From: Candidatus Zambryskibacteria bacterium RIFOXYC1_FULL_39_10
GTDB taxonomy: Bacteria; Patescibacteriota; Minisyncoccia; Phycocordibacterales; WO2-35-19
Length of the DNA: 64,000 nucleotides
Direction of reading: 5' to 3'
Assembly: GCA_001824275.1 (NCBI GenBank)
Contig: MHWW01000003.1
Location: 19,325-83,324, forward strand
Part shown: positions 24,574-34,579 of the stretch, piece after piece
Position numbering within the stretch: the first letter of the stretch is position 1
How the letters are laid out: every line of letters begins with the position of its first letter
Notes under the pieces: model-generated
Told to the model about the DNA's origin: nothing
Seen by the model: only the letters and a program-made list of their open reading frames with translations
The model's database searches: none
Program-made: the position numbers and the translations under genes

Positions 24574-24708
24574 TAGGAAAAACATCAACGAAAATGCCAC
24601 CAGGGGGGTGGCGCTTTCGCAGACATTCATTTGTGCTGAAAATTGCTTTTCTGCACTCACATTACAAGTATAGCATACTTGACATATTTATGCAAGTGTA
24701 CCTGTGGA

Positions 24709-26928
24709 TTACGGATTTCTCCCCGCCTTTATCTCATTTATATAGTATTCCCCCTTCTCCTTGAAGGTAGGGTCAAGCCGAATGATTTCCTCCAAGCTCT
24801 GGATTGCCTCCTGCCTCCTACCCGCCTGCAAATAGGCGGCCGTCAGGGTGATCTGGTGCTGCAAGTTTGTCGGATCAAGCTCAATCCTCTTTTTCGCAAT
24901 GCTAATTATGTCGTCATATCTTTGGACAGCGAGCAAGATTGTGATATACCTGTCATCAAAAATTATTTTTGATTCTGGTATACCTTGCATAATTTCACTA
25001 GAGAGACTCACGTTGCCCGAAGCAAGCAGAGTCAAACCGTACACAAACTTTGCTTCTTCATACGAAGGCTCAAGCTCATAAGCAATTTTTGCCGCATCTA
25101 CCGCCTCAACCATTTTATTATCCATAAGGAAGTTACTGACGAGTTCAAAATATATTGACTGTTTTTTGGGAGAAAGCTTTTCCGCTTCTTTAAATTGCTC
25201 AATCGCTTTACCATACCAACCAAATCTGGAAAGGAAGGTGCCATAAAATATTCGATACCGAGCATCGTTAGGGACCCTCACAATATGTCTATTAAAAGCT
25301 TTATCAACCTCTTCATACAATTTCTGTTTTAATTCGACGGGAGCATTTTGGTTGCCGGCGACAGTGATAGCGGTTTGTGAAATATGCTCCAAGCTTTCTG
25401 CGAAACCCAGGCTTGAACCAGAAAAAGGTTTAGCATAATTCTCAATCGTGCCGACTTTACCTTGATTGTTTAAGACGAGGACTGCCATCAAACTTTTGTT
25501 TTGTTGCCAAGGCGAATAAATAATGAAATAAACAACTCCTGCCATAATTATCACTACCAAAGCTTCGATGATTGGTTTTGATTTTTCGTTTTCTAGCATC
25601 ACTCTCGTCTTGCTTGAAATCTTATCCCAGAGTCCAAATGAAGTCTCTGACGCGACTGAATGAATGTAAGCAAGCACGGTAAAAAATAAAATGTAGCTAC
25701 TAGTCTGGTCAAAAACAAAAAAATTGTTAAATAGGTAGGCAGATATTAGCCCAAGAATAATCGCCCTTTCTCTCTTTTCCAAATGCTCAGATTTAAATAT
25801 ATAGTATAAAAGCGATGCGATGATGAGCAGGTAGGAAATGAGTCCCAGAGCTCCGCCAGCAACTAGCCAGTCAAGGTAAGTGTTGTGCGCTCGGTCAAAC
25901 CATGGCTCTTGAGTATACATTCGAGGGTCGTAGTATTTGTTGAAAACAAAATTAAATCCTTCTTGACCCCAGCCCAAAATCGGTTTTTCAATGAAGCCTT
26001 TTACTGCCATCGGCCAGACGAAATATCGGCCCTGAGTTTTTATTTCAGAGAATGAGATTGTGGCAAATCGTCTGAGTACCGGACTCGTATTCACATAAGA
26101 AGTGTCTTTGACTGACCAAAATATTCCAGCCAAAATTATAAGCACAGCAATCCCAATACCAGCAATTTTTCTTATTTTCTTCACCTCTTGGGCCTCCGAC
26201 TGGGCGAGTTCGCCTTTTTCGGTTTTCAACGCCAAATAGATGAAAGTGACCAAAATGCCTCCCAAAAGCCCCAAAACTGCCCCTCTGGTTGCGGTATTGT
26301 AAAGAACTATGATATTCATCAATGTGACCAATACGAGTACCCCTCTCTGCCACAACACCTTATATCTCATCACAAGTAGCCCCGCAAAAAAGATGTGGAA
26401 GACCATATAAATACCCAAATATCCTGCATTACCAAGCGTACCATCTACTCGCACCCCTCCTTGATTGATCGTCACCTTGCCAGCAATTTGAAAAAAGGAA
26501 TAAATCGCCATCATAGCTGACGCTCCGACGCTAGTAGCAAATAACCTGTCCCAAATTCCTCGGGTTTTCAAAACTGAACCCAAAACCAAAAAGTAAGCGC
26601 CGAGGTGAAGGAGAGTGACGTACCCTTCCATTCTTTCAAAATTACTCCAAAATGCTTTGAGTGGGTTTTGAGCGAAAATATCAGCGACTCCCATAACTAC
26701 CAAAAAAGTTATTATCGCTCCCAAAATCCAAGAAAACTTGGGCCGGTAGTTAGGGTCCCTAACTGCTAGTATTAAATAGCAGGCCAATATAATTTCCACA
26801 ATGAGCCTAAATATAAAAGCCTTGCCTGTGATAAAAGGGAAAAAAAGCGATGAAGCCACAATAAAAGGCACGAACGGCACGGCAAAAAGCCCAGCTAAAA
26901 TAACGTAACGCAATTGATTGTTTGACAT
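24709..26928 (-). CDS. O-antigen ligase/polymerase-like (Wzy_C) membrane protein with C-terminal TPR repeats
   Basis: Multi-TM N-terminal region with RAHNTYLDWLVAGGALGL (Wzy_C/WaaL motif). The C-terminal ~250 aa are TPR-like. Confidence 0.65.
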   Translation of the reverse strand: MSNNQLRYVILAGLFAVPFVPFIVASSLFFPFITGKAFIFRLIVEIILACYLILAVRDPNYRPKFSWILGAIITFLVVMGVADIFAQNPLKAFWSNFERMEGYVTLLHLGAYFLVLGSVLKTRGIWDRLFATSVGASAMMAIYSFFQIAGKVTINQGGVRVDGTLGNAGYLGIYMVFHIFFAGLLVMRYKVLWQRGVLVLVTLMNIIVLYNTATRGAVLGLLGGILVTFIYLALKTEKGELAQSEAQEVKKIRKIAGIGIAVLIILAGIFWSVKDTSYVNTSPVLRRFATISFSEIKTQGRYFVWPMAVKGFIEKPILGWGQEGFNFVFNKYYDPRMYTQEPWFDRAHNTYLDWLVAGGALGLISYLLIIASLLYYIFKSEHLEKRERAIILGLISAYLFNNFFVFDQTSSYILFFTVLAYIHSVASETSFGLWDKISSKTRVMLENEKSKPIIEALVVIIMAGVVYFIIYSPWQQNKSLMAVLVLNNQGKVGTIENYAKPFSGSSLGFAESLEHISQTAITVAGNQNAPVELKQKLYEEVDKAFNRHIVRVPNDARYRIFYGTFLSRFGWYGKAIEQFKEAEKLSPKKQSIYFELVSNFLMDNKMVEAVDAAKIAYELEPSYEEAKFVYGLTLLASGNVSLSSEIMQGIPESKIIFDDRYITILLAVQRYDDIISIAKKRIELDPTNLQHQITLTAAYLQAGRRQEAIQSLEEIIRLDPTFKEKGEYYINEIKAGRNP

Positions 26929-26993
26929 ATACTATATATTACTAAACCTGTGCAAAATATCAAAGTCCTTTAAAAAAAGGTTTTTTTCTGTTA

Positions 26994-27779
26994 TTGTTTT
27001 GGTGTCTAAAAAATAAAATGAAAAATATCAGGATAATACCCAGATTAGATATAAAAGGGCCTAATGTGGTAAAACCAGTCCAAACAGAAGCCTTGAGAGT
27101 GGTTGGTGATCCAAAAAAGTTAGCCTTACATTATTACGAAGGTGGAGCTGATGAACTTATTTATTTAGATATTGTTGCTAGTCTGTATGGGCGCAACATA
27201 GATTTTGATTTATTGAAATCAGTCACTGAAAATATTTTTATTCCTATAACCGTTGGAGGAGGTATTAGAAGTATTCATGACATAAATAATGTTCTGCGCT
27301 CAGGAGCAGACAAAATTGCCATTAATACATACGCAGTAAGACATCCAGAATTCTTGAGTGAGGCTGTTCGTGAATTTGGTTCTCAGTGTATAGTTTTATA
27401 TGTCGAAGCAAAAAAACAACCAAATGGAGACTACGAAGCTTACACCGACGGTGGCCGTGAAAGAAGCGGATTTGAAGTAGTCAATTGGATAAAAAGAGCT
27501 ATCGATTTGGGTATTGGTGAAATATTGCTCACATCAGTCGATCAAGATGGCACAAGACGAGGCTTTGATATTGAATTATTAAAAAAAGTTTTAGCCTTCT
27601 CCCCTATTCCAGTGATTGCTCACGGCGGAGCTGGCAAACCGGAAACTTTAAAAGAAGCGGTGCTTGATGCAAAAGTTGACGCTTTAGGTATTTCTTCTAT
27701 TTTCCATTACAATGAATTCCCAATAAAAGAAATGAAGAAATATTTGTATAAAAATAAAATCAATATAAGAAATGTATGA
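26994..27779 (+). CDS. HisF-like cyclase subunit (WbuZ-type; imidazole glycerol phosphate synthase family) for amidino-sugar synthesis
   Basis: IIPRLDIKG...GGADELIYLDI...ITVGGGIRS is the HisA/HisF TIM-barrel pattern. It is not in a his operon; it sits next to HisH-like and WbpG-like genes. Confidence 0.8.
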   Translation: MFWCLKNKMKNIRIIPRLDIKGPNVVKPVQTEALRVVGDPKKLALHYYEGGADELIYLDIVASLYGRNIDFDLLKSVTENIFIPITVGGGIRSIHDINNVLRSGADKIAINTYAVRHPEFLSEAVREFGSQCIVLYVEAKKQPNGDYEAYTDGGRERSGFEVVNWIKRAIDLGIGEILLTSVDQDGTRRGFDIELLKKVLAFSPIPVIAHGGAGKPETLKEAVLDAKVDALGISSIFHYNEFPIKEMKKYLYKNKINIRNV

Positions 27780-28432
27780 AAAATGATTTGAAAATAGCAA
27801 TCGTAGATTATGGTGTTGGCAACTTATATAGTTTAATCAAAGCTTTTGAATTTTGGGGTGTACAAGCAATCGTGAGTGAAGATCCAAAAGTTTTAAAAGA
27901 AGCGAGCGCTATTGTTTTACCCGGAGTGGGCTCTTTCGAAGCTGGAATGAGGGGTTTGGAAATAAGAGAATTGGTTGAAACAATTCAGGAAATTGCCAAG
28001 AGTGGCAAACCAATACTCGGTATATGTTTAGGTGCTCAATTAATGCTTTCTCTAGGACATGAATTTGGTATTTTTAAAGGATTAGACATTATCAGAGGAA
28101 AGGTTGTACGATTTCCAAATTTAGATAATAATGAAAAAGTTCCTCACATTGGTTGGAATACAATTTCCCCACCCAAGAATATAGACTGGAAAGATACGAT
28201 CCTGGATTCATCTGACCCTAAAAACAGTTTCTACTTTGTTCATTCCTATATATTAGAACCAGAATCAAAGGAAAATATTTTTGCCTTAACGGAGTACGGC
28301 GGATACACTTTTTGTTCAATAGTTAAAAAAGGAAATATTTATGGTTGTCAGTTCCATCCTGAAAAAAGTGGCGAAGTAGGATTAAAATTAATTAATAATT
28401 TTATAAATTTAATAAAATATGGAAAAAATTGA
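27776..28432 (+). CDS. HisH-like glutamine amidotransferase subunit (WbuY-type)
   Basis: IAIVDYGVGNLYSL...GVGSF...GICLGAQLM...H.GWN is class-I GATase. Confidence 0.8.
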   Translation: MKNDLKIAIVDYGVGNLYSLIKAFEFWGVQAIVSEDPKVLKEASAIVLPGVGSFEAGMRGLEIRELVETIQEIAKSGKPILGICLGAQLMLSLGHEFGIFKGLDIIRGKVVRFPNLDNNEKVPHIGWNTISPPKNIDWKDTILDSSDPKNSFYFVHSYILEPESKENIFALTEYGGYTFCSIVKKGNIYGCQFHPEKSGEVGLKLINNFINLIKYGKN

Positions 28433-29678
28433 AACAAAATATGGTTTACCTTCTGAGGTAAAATTTTGTAAAAAGTGTGTGATCTCAAATCAGCGACCAA
28501 ATTCTGCAATTGAATTTACTCATACCAAGGATTCCTTAAAAAAAACCATATTTTTTGACGAGCATGATGTGTGCGACGCATGTAATTTCGCAAAAATAAA
28601 AACTCAAATCGACTGGAAAGAAAGAGAAAAAGAATTAATTGAACTTTGCAACCGTCATAGAAAAGATAATGGAGAATACGACTGCCTCGTTCCAGGTTCC
28701 GGAGGAAAAGATAGTTTTTACGCAGCTCACATTCTTAAATATAAATACAATATGCATCCACTAACTGTTACTTGGGCACCGCATATTTACACAGATTGGG
28801 GATGGAGAAACTTTGAATCGTGGATTCATGCTGGATTTGATAATTATCTTTGTACCCCAAATGGAAAAGTTCACCGCTTATTGACCCGCCTGGCGGTTGA
28901 AAATATTTTTCACCCTTTTCAAGCATTTATGTTAGGACAAAAATCGTTGGCCCCCAAAATGGCCATTCTTTTCAACATTCCTCTAGTCTTTTTTGGAGAA
29001 AACGAGGTTGAATACGGCAACCCAGTTGCAGATGCTACATCACCAAAAAGAGATCAAAAATATTTTAGTGCCACCGATATTTCCAAGATTCATCTTGGTG
29101 GAGTATCGGCTACAGATTTAATAAAAGATTATGGATTAACAAATAACGATCTCCAACCATACCTTCCGGCAGATCCTTCTAAAATAGAGAAGCTTGGAAT
29201 GGAAGTTCATTATTTAGGTTACTATTTAAAATGGCACCCACAAAGTTGTTACTATTACACAACCGAGCATAGTAATTTTGAAGCGTCTCCTGAAAGAACT
29301 CCTGGCACATACAGTAAATACAATAGTATTGATGACAAAATTGACGATCTTCATTACTATACGACGTTTATAAAATTTGGAATTGGCCGAGCCACCTATG
29401 ATGCTGCTCAAGAAATCCGATCAGGAGATATTACTAGAGAGGAAGGAGTGTCTTTGGTAAAAAGATTTGACGGAGAGTACCCTGAAAGATTTGAGGAAGA
29501 ACTTTTTCGTTATCTCACTATAACAAAAAAGGAATTTCCCGATGCTTATAAAATGTTTTCACATCCAAAAATGGACCACGAATATTTTGCTCATTTAGCT
29601 GATAAATTTCGTTCTCCTCATCTCTGGGAAAAATTACCAAATAGTGAGTGGAGATTAAGACATACAGTTTGGGAATAA
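28419..29678 (+). CDS. N-acetyl sugar amidotransferase (WbpG/WbuX/PseA family, PP-loop ATPase)
   Basis: PP-loop SGGKDS plus an N-terminal Cys cluster. Confidence 0.75.
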   Translation: MEKIETKYGLPSEVKFCKKCVISNQRPNSAIEFTHTKDSLKKTIFFDEHDVCDACNFAKIKTQIDWKEREKELIELCNRHRKDNGEYDCLVPGSGGKDSFYAAHILKYKYNMHPLTVTWAPHIYTDWGWRNFESWIHAGFDNYLCTPNGKVHRLLTRLAVENIFHPFQAFMLGQKSLAPKMAILFNIPLVFFGENEVEYGNPVADATSPKRDQKYFSATDISKIHLGGVSATDLIKDYGLTNNDLQPYLPADPSKIEKLGMEVHYLGYYLKWHPQSCYYYTTEHSNFEASPERTPGTYSKYNSIDDKIDDLHYYTTFIKFGIGRATYDAAQEIRSGDITREEGVSLVKRFDGEYPERFEEELFRYLTITKKEFPDAYKMFSHPKMDHEYFAHLADKFRSPHLWEKLPNSEWRLRHTVWE

Positions 29679-29693
29679 TATAATATACTAAAC

Positions 29694-30428
29694 ATGAAAA
29701 ATTTTTTAGGATTAATTCTTGCGCGAGGGGGATCTAAGAGAATTCCAAGAAAAAACATAAAGGAATTTTTAGATAAACCATTGATAGCCTGGTCTATCGA
29801 AGCTGGACTTAAGAGTGGAATATTTGATCGTATAGTTCTTTCTACAGACGACGAAGAAATCGCTTCTGTAGGTAAAAATTGGGGTGCAGAAGTTCCTTTT
29901 ATGAGACCTTCAAAATTGGCTAGTGACACCGCTACCTCTGACGATGCCATAAGGCACGCAATTCAGTGGCTTCGTAATAAAGAAAAATATAATCCTGAAT
30001 GGGTATTTTTATTTGAACCCACTGCTCCTGCAAAACAACCTTTTCATTTTTGTGATGTTGCAAAAATTATACAAGGAAACAATAATTTTGATTCAGTCGT
30101 AGGTATTTCAGAATTTCCAGATCAATACACCCATGTTATGCAAATTAAATTAGATAATAATAATTTTATTTCTAGAGCGTGGGATAATGAACTTTTAAAA
30201 AATATGCCAAAAAGTTCAAGAGAGATACCTAAATCATATCTACTAAACCCACAAGTATACGCTTTTAAAGCTGAAAATCTTTTCAAGGGTAATGGTAGTA
30301 TGTGGGGCGACAGCACATATGGTTATTTAATGGACAACAAATATAATATCGACATTGATACACCGGATGATTGGAAAGTGGCAGAAGCCAAAATGAAAAA
30401 AATATTGGATGACCTAAATAAAGAATAA
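29694..30428 (+). CDS. acylneuraminate (CMP-nonulosonic acid) cytidylyltransferase, copy 1
   Basis: LILARGGSKRIPRKNI...KPLI is the CMP-NeuAc/CMP-Kdo synthetase N-terminus. Confidence 0.8.
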   Translation: MKNFLGLILARGGSKRIPRKNIKEFLDKPLIAWSIEAGLKSGIFDRIVLSTDDEEIASVGKNWGAEVPFMRPSKLASDTATSDDAIRHAIQWLRNKEKYNPEWVFLFEPTAPAKQPFHFCDVAKIIQGNNNFDSVVGISEFPDQYTHVMQIKLDNNNFISRAWDNELLKNMPKSSREIPKSYLLNPQVYAFKAENLFKGNGSMWGDSTYGYLMDNKYNIDIDTPDDWKVAEAKMKKILDDLNKE

Positions 30429-30435
30429 AAAGAAA

Positions 30436-30461
30436 GGGCATCGAGTATACTCTCGACGCCC
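30436..30461. terminator. hairpin GGGCATCGAG-tatact-CTCGACGCCC between convergent genes (A-run upstream)
   Basis: 9/10-bp stem. Confidence 0.35.
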
Positions 30462-30476
30462 CAGAAAAACTCAACG

Positions 30477-31532
30477 TTAAACTAGACTCTCTATCGCTTT
30501 GAGGGCGATGGCCGGATCGAATGGCTTCAATTTAGCCAGACTGATCTCATCCGCTGACCGGATAAAAGGACCCAAGTCGCACGGTTCTTTCAAGGATTGC
30601 GCGCAGCCCAGCTTCACAATCGGAACCTCAGTTAATCCTCCAGACTGAAACAGCAATTGTTTCCCAATTTCTGTCTCCAAAGAAATGGCGGCTCTTCGAG
30701 CGTACGCTGCTGTGTTCAGCATCAAACTGAACCCAGAAATGGTCGCATCACAGAGGACAGCCAGAGCATCTCCCAACTTGCAATCAACTGAAACAATGTG
30801 CTCGCCAAATTGACTAAGCATACCGTTCCAGTAGTCTGCCCACTTCAAGCCTGGCTCCTTATCGCTCTTAGCGATTGTTGGGTGAGGTCGTGAGATCAGA
30901 CACCAATCTTCGGTAAGTTTCAGGCACTCGATGAGCAACTGAAGCTCAACCGTCATCTCTTGTGGATTGCCTCCGGCAAAGACGATGACCCTGCCAAATT
31001 GAGAACGAAGTTCTTCAACCCTTCTCTCAACTTCATCAGGAATGCTCATTTTTTCAATCACTGTTGGGTTGCCAGCAATTATGACGCGCATGTTGGGATA
31101 TGACATCTCTGCCAATTCCCTGGCATATTCGTCAAGTGTGACGACAACATCAGGCCTTGCCTTGTACAACTGACAACAGCCCCAGTAATCCTCCATGAGA
31201 ACCAGAGGTATTCCGAGAGTATTCGCGGCTTCCCCAAAAATAGATTCTAGACTATCCGGCACACTTCTGGTTGCCACCACCACATCCGGTCTAAACTTCA
31301 CCAAGACCGAATGAGCCTCCACGGAAAAACTTATTTCCTTTTGGTTTTCCGGCCCTTTAAAGACAAGCTTTGCTTTTGAATCGTAGTTGAAAAACCCCGC
31401 TTCTTGGAACCGATCAGCGGCAAGTCCTTCAACGACAATTAGGATTTCGTGACCCCTATCTAGGGCCAATTTTGCAGTAGGAACGGACATTTTAGCCCCA
31501 CCGTTGTCTCGAGAAACAAACAATATTTTCAA
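30477..31532 (-). CDS. GT-B/Rossmann-like protein of unknown function (possibly a PseG-type UDP-sugar hydrolase or glycosyltransferase); ~50% GC
   Basis: N-terminus MKILFVSRDNGGAKMSVPTAKLALDRGHEILIV and C-terminal region RVIVFAGGNP suggest a two-Rossmann GT-B fold. GC is markedly above the flanks. Confidence 0.4.
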   Translation of the reverse strand: MKILFVSRDNGGAKMSVPTAKLALDRGHEILIVVEGLAADRFQEAGFFNYDSKAKLVFKGPENQKEISFSVEAHSVLVKFRPDVVVATRSVPDSLESIFGEAANTLGIPLVLMEDYWGCCQLYKARPDVVVTLDEYARELAEMSYPNMRVIIAGNPTVIEKMSIPDEVERRVEELRSQFGRVIVFAGGNPQEMTVELQLLIECLKLTEDWCLISRPHPTIAKSDKEPGLKWADYWNGMLSQFGEHIVSVDCKLGDALAVLCDATISGFSLMLNTAAYARRAAISLETEIGKQLLFQSGGLTEVPIVKLGCAQSLKEPCDLGPFIRSADEISLAKLKPFDPAIALKAIESLV

Positions 31533-31648
31533 AATACACCTCTACTTTAAAGTATAGCGTATTTTTTATAATTTGTCAATCAGAAGTTGACCTTTTACTC
31601 TTTTATTGATAATATTTATGCGGACATAAAGTTCAAAAAAGGAGAAAT

Positions 31649-32602
31649 ATGAGATCTATCTACCGCATGGAAGCTGGTCATGTGATTGTCACTAACGCAT
31701 GCAATCTAGAGTGCTCCAACTGCACCCAGATGGTTGGCCACTACAAGAAACCCTACTTCATGGACACAGAGACAGTTCGTCGGGCGATTCTGTCACTCGT
31801 AACCCCATACACGACGATTAGCCAGGAATTCCCTGAGGGATTCCCTGGAGTCATCGGCATTTTTGGTGGCGAGCCGACCGTCCATCCCCAGTTTGCCGAA
31901 ATCTGCAAGCTGGTTCAGGAACTGATCCCTAACCGTCGCAAGAGAGGGCTCTGGACGGATGGATATCGTCTTGAACGATATCGGTCTATCATAGACGATA
32001 CATGGGATCCGGATCTCGTCCTCCTCAACCGACACGAAGACGAAACGGGGCGACATCAACCGCTCCTGATCGCTTCCGACGAGGTAGTGGATGACAAAGT
32101 TCTCATGTGGAAGTTAATTCACAATTGCTGGATCCAGGAACGATGGTCCTTCGGATGCACTCCCAAAGGCGGATTCTTTTGTGAACATGCGGCCGCTATG
32201 GACATGCTCTTTGATGGACCAGGTGGTTATCCACTTGAACCAGGCTGGTGGGCAAAAGAAGCCAACCAATTCCTAGATCAAGTCGAGCGATCATGCACCC
32301 GTTGTAGTGCCGCGATTCCGATGCCTGCAGTAAGAGCTTCGGAACAATTCGACATCGTCTCTGCCGGCAACTTAGAATTGCTACGAAAAGCCGGGTCTCC
32401 GAGAGTTCGAGATGGCAAAGTGGTTGTATTCAACCAAAAGATCTCTCGAGAAGAAATAGAGAAGATGCTCCGAACCGGCTGGTCACCGTGGAGACACGAC
32501 CCCCAAACCAACCTTCTGGACAAAGATGAGGATTTTAACACCTACAACCCCCCTCTCTTTGAAAAGGTCGGGGATTTGGTTCAGATCACTTTGACTGAGT
32601 AA
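31649..32602 (+). CDS. radical SAM domain protein (CxxxCxxC), unknown function; ~50% GC
   Basis: ACNLECSNC is the canonical radical SAM cluster motif. Confidence 0.7.
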   Translation: MRSIYRMEAGHVIVTNACNLECSNCTQMVGHYKKPYFMDTETVRRAILSLVTPYTTISQEFPEGFPGVIGIFGGEPTVHPQFAEICKLVQELIPNRRKRGLWTDGYRLERYRSIIDDTWDPDLVLLNRHEDETGRHQPLLIASDEVVDDKVLMWKLIHNCWIQERWSFGCTPKGGFFCEHAAAMDMLFDGPGGYPLEPGWWAKEANQFLDQVERSCTRCSAAIPMPAVRASEQFDIVSAGNLELLRKAGSPRVRDGKVVVFNQKISREEIEKMLRTGWSPWRHDPQTNLLDKDEDFNTYNPPLFEKVGDLVQITLTE

Positions 32603-32613
32603 ATGTCTTTAAC

Positions 32614-32656
32614 GGCTCGTGTTTCATTCTTTGGAGCACGAGCCTCGCTTTTTTAA
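32614..32656 (+). terminator. rho-independent terminator: GGCTCGTG...CACGAGCC then tcgctttttt
   Basis: 8-bp GC stem with a T-run, directly after the radical SAM gene. Confidence 0.6.
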
Positions 32657-32682
32657 AAATAAGAATTTGTTAGTATAGAGAG

Positions 32683-33546
32683 ATGAATCATTTAATTAGC
32701 GGTTTTAATGCCTTGCGATACGCGCTTACCGAACCATTCTTGCTTCAATTAGAGCGCTTTAAACATGAAAAAGAATATAGTGACAAAGACCAACAACCAC
32801 TTATAAGTATTTGCTTACCAACATATAATAGATCCAAACTTTTGATTGAACGCTCTGTGCCTAGTGTTTTAAATCAAACTTATAAAAATTTTGAATTAAT
32901 CATTATTGGTGATCATTGCACCGATGACACTGAAAAAAATATATCAAAAATAACCGACAAAAGAATTCGTTTTTATAATATTCCAAAAAGAAGTTATCGT
33001 TATCCGCCAACAACTGAAAATCATTGGTTTGCTGGGCCCGTAATAGCAAACAATGAAGCTTTAAAAATGGTCAAAGGAGAATGGATTACTCGAATAGATG
33101 ATGACGATATTTGGACCCCTGATCATCTGGAAGTACTTTTGGAATTTGCCGAAAAAGGAGATTACGAATTTATTTCAGCTCAATATATTGAAGAACGACA
33201 CGGTCAAAGACGAGTTGTAGACGGTGAGATGGCTGATGGACCCTATTTTAATCCAAAAAATCATGCCAAGATAAATATCGGTCCAAAACTCGGAGGAGTT
33301 CAAACATGGTTTTATCGATCCTACCTAAAATTTTTTAAATACAATATAAACTGCTGGCGAAAAAGTTGGAATAGAGTTAATGATATAGATTTAGAATACA
33401 GAATTTATAAAGCCGGTACCAGAATTGGTTTTTTAAATAAAGTAGTCGGTTATATTTTGCCTCGTCCAGGAGAAGAGACTGTTGGACTAGAAGCATACAA
33501 ATCAACTTCAAAAGAAAAACTAGAACATTTTGAATTTAAAAAGTAG
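32683..33546 (+). CDS. glycosyltransferase family 2
   Basis: ISICLPTYNRS..L...............IIGDHCTDDT and DDDD.W show the GT2 DxD pattern. Confidence 0.8.
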   Translation: MNHLISGFNALRYALTEPFLLQLERFKHEKEYSDKDQQPLISICLPTYNRSKLLIERSVPSVLNQTYKNFELIIIGDHCTDDTEKNISKITDKRIRFYNIPKRSYRYPPTTENHWFAGPVIANNEALKMVKGEWITRIDDDDIWTPDHLEVLLEFAEKGDYEFISAQYIEERHGQRRVVDGEMADGPYFNPKNHAKINIGPKLGGVQTWFYRSYLKFFKYNINCWRKSWNRVNDIDLEYRIYKAGTRIGFLNKVVGYILPRPGEETVGLEAYKSTSKEKLEHFEFKK

Positions 33547-34579
33547 TAGATTCAAATATTTTATTTTCTCTTAAAAAAGAAGTAATTTGTTTTCTAGACA
33601 TCACCCTTTTATCCGAAGAATAGGAATTTGGATTTATTTTTTTGGCTTGAACCATAAGTGGATTCTTTCTGTCTCCATAACGAGGCTCCATTGATGGCAA
33701 AATAACGAGCATGTCTTCAAACTCCACTACTCGTCCGCTTTCTTCTTCAGCTAAAAGTTTTTCGTGCATTTTTTCCCCAGCTCTTTTATCCATTTTTAGA
33801 ATTTGAATTTTATTTTTACCACCGCTTATCAGGAGATGCTCATCAATAATACATTGAGCTAAATCTTTTATATTTACAGACTTCATTTTTAAAACAAAAA
33901 CTTCCCCTCCTTGCATTTTTTCGGTAGCTTTAAATATAAGTTCAACAGCCTTCCCCATCGGCATCAGAAATCTAGTCATTTTTGAAGAAGTAACACTTAG
34001 GGGCAGATTTGCCTTTAATTGTTTAATAAAATGAGGAATTACTGACCCATTAGACATTGTCACATTACCAAATCTAACACATGAAAAAATAGTTGGTGAA
34101 TCACCCTTATAATAATTTGCCGCAGTAGTTATTTTTTCCCCCAAAAGTTTTGAGGCCCCCAATGTGCCAATTGGATGAACTGCTTTATCGGTACTTATGA
34201 AAATAAATTTCTTTATATCATTATGTAAAGCTGCGTCAATAACATTTTGAGTACCAATAACATTAGTTTTAATGGCTTCAAGCGGATTATATTCACAAAG
34301 ATGAACGTGTTTATATGCTGCTGCATGATAAACAATATCTACCCCATTCATCGCCCTCAAAATACGGTCTTTATCAGTAACATCGCCCAATAGAAACCTA
34401 ATTCTTTTTGATTCCTCTTCAGATAACAATCCCTGAAGCTTATGGAGCGAAAATTCATGATTGTCTAAAATTCTTACAGCTTTAGGTTCAAATTTCAAAA
34501 TTTCCCGCACTAAAGCACTGCCAATAGAACCGGCGCCACCGGTAACTAAAATAATTTTGTTTTTAAATTCGTTTATCAT
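33536..34579 (-). CDS. UDP-GlcNAc 4,6-dehydratase (PseB/LegB/CapD family SDR)
   Basis: TGGAGSIGS...YHAAAYKHV...NVIGT.NV..AA......KF..ISTDKAV.P....G.SK. Confidence 0.8.
   Translation of the reverse strand: MINEFKNKIILVTGGAGSIGSALVREILKFEPKAVRILDNHEFSLHKLQGLLSEEESKRIRFLLGDVTDKDRILRAMNGVDIVYHAAAYKHVHLCEYNPLEAIKTNVIGTQNVIDAALHNDIKKFIFISTDKAVHPIGTLGASKLLGEKITTAANYYKGDSPTIFSCVRFGNVTMSNGSVIPHFIKQLKANLPLSVTSSKMTRFLMPMGKAVELIFKATEKMQGGEVFVLKMKSVNIKDLAQCIIDEHLLISGGKNKIQILKMDKRAGEKMHEKLLAEEESGRVVEFEDMLVILPSMEPRYGDRKNPLMVQAKKINPNSYSSDKRVMSRKQITSFLRENKIFESTTF

Noticed and set aside
28541-28550. A8 homopolymer inside the WbpG-like gene (and other A/T runs of 8 or more) considered as phase-variation tracts
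   Set aside because: Runs of 7-9 A or T are frequent throughout this ~33% GC sequence, so they are not distinctive. The heptanucleotide repeats are distinctive.
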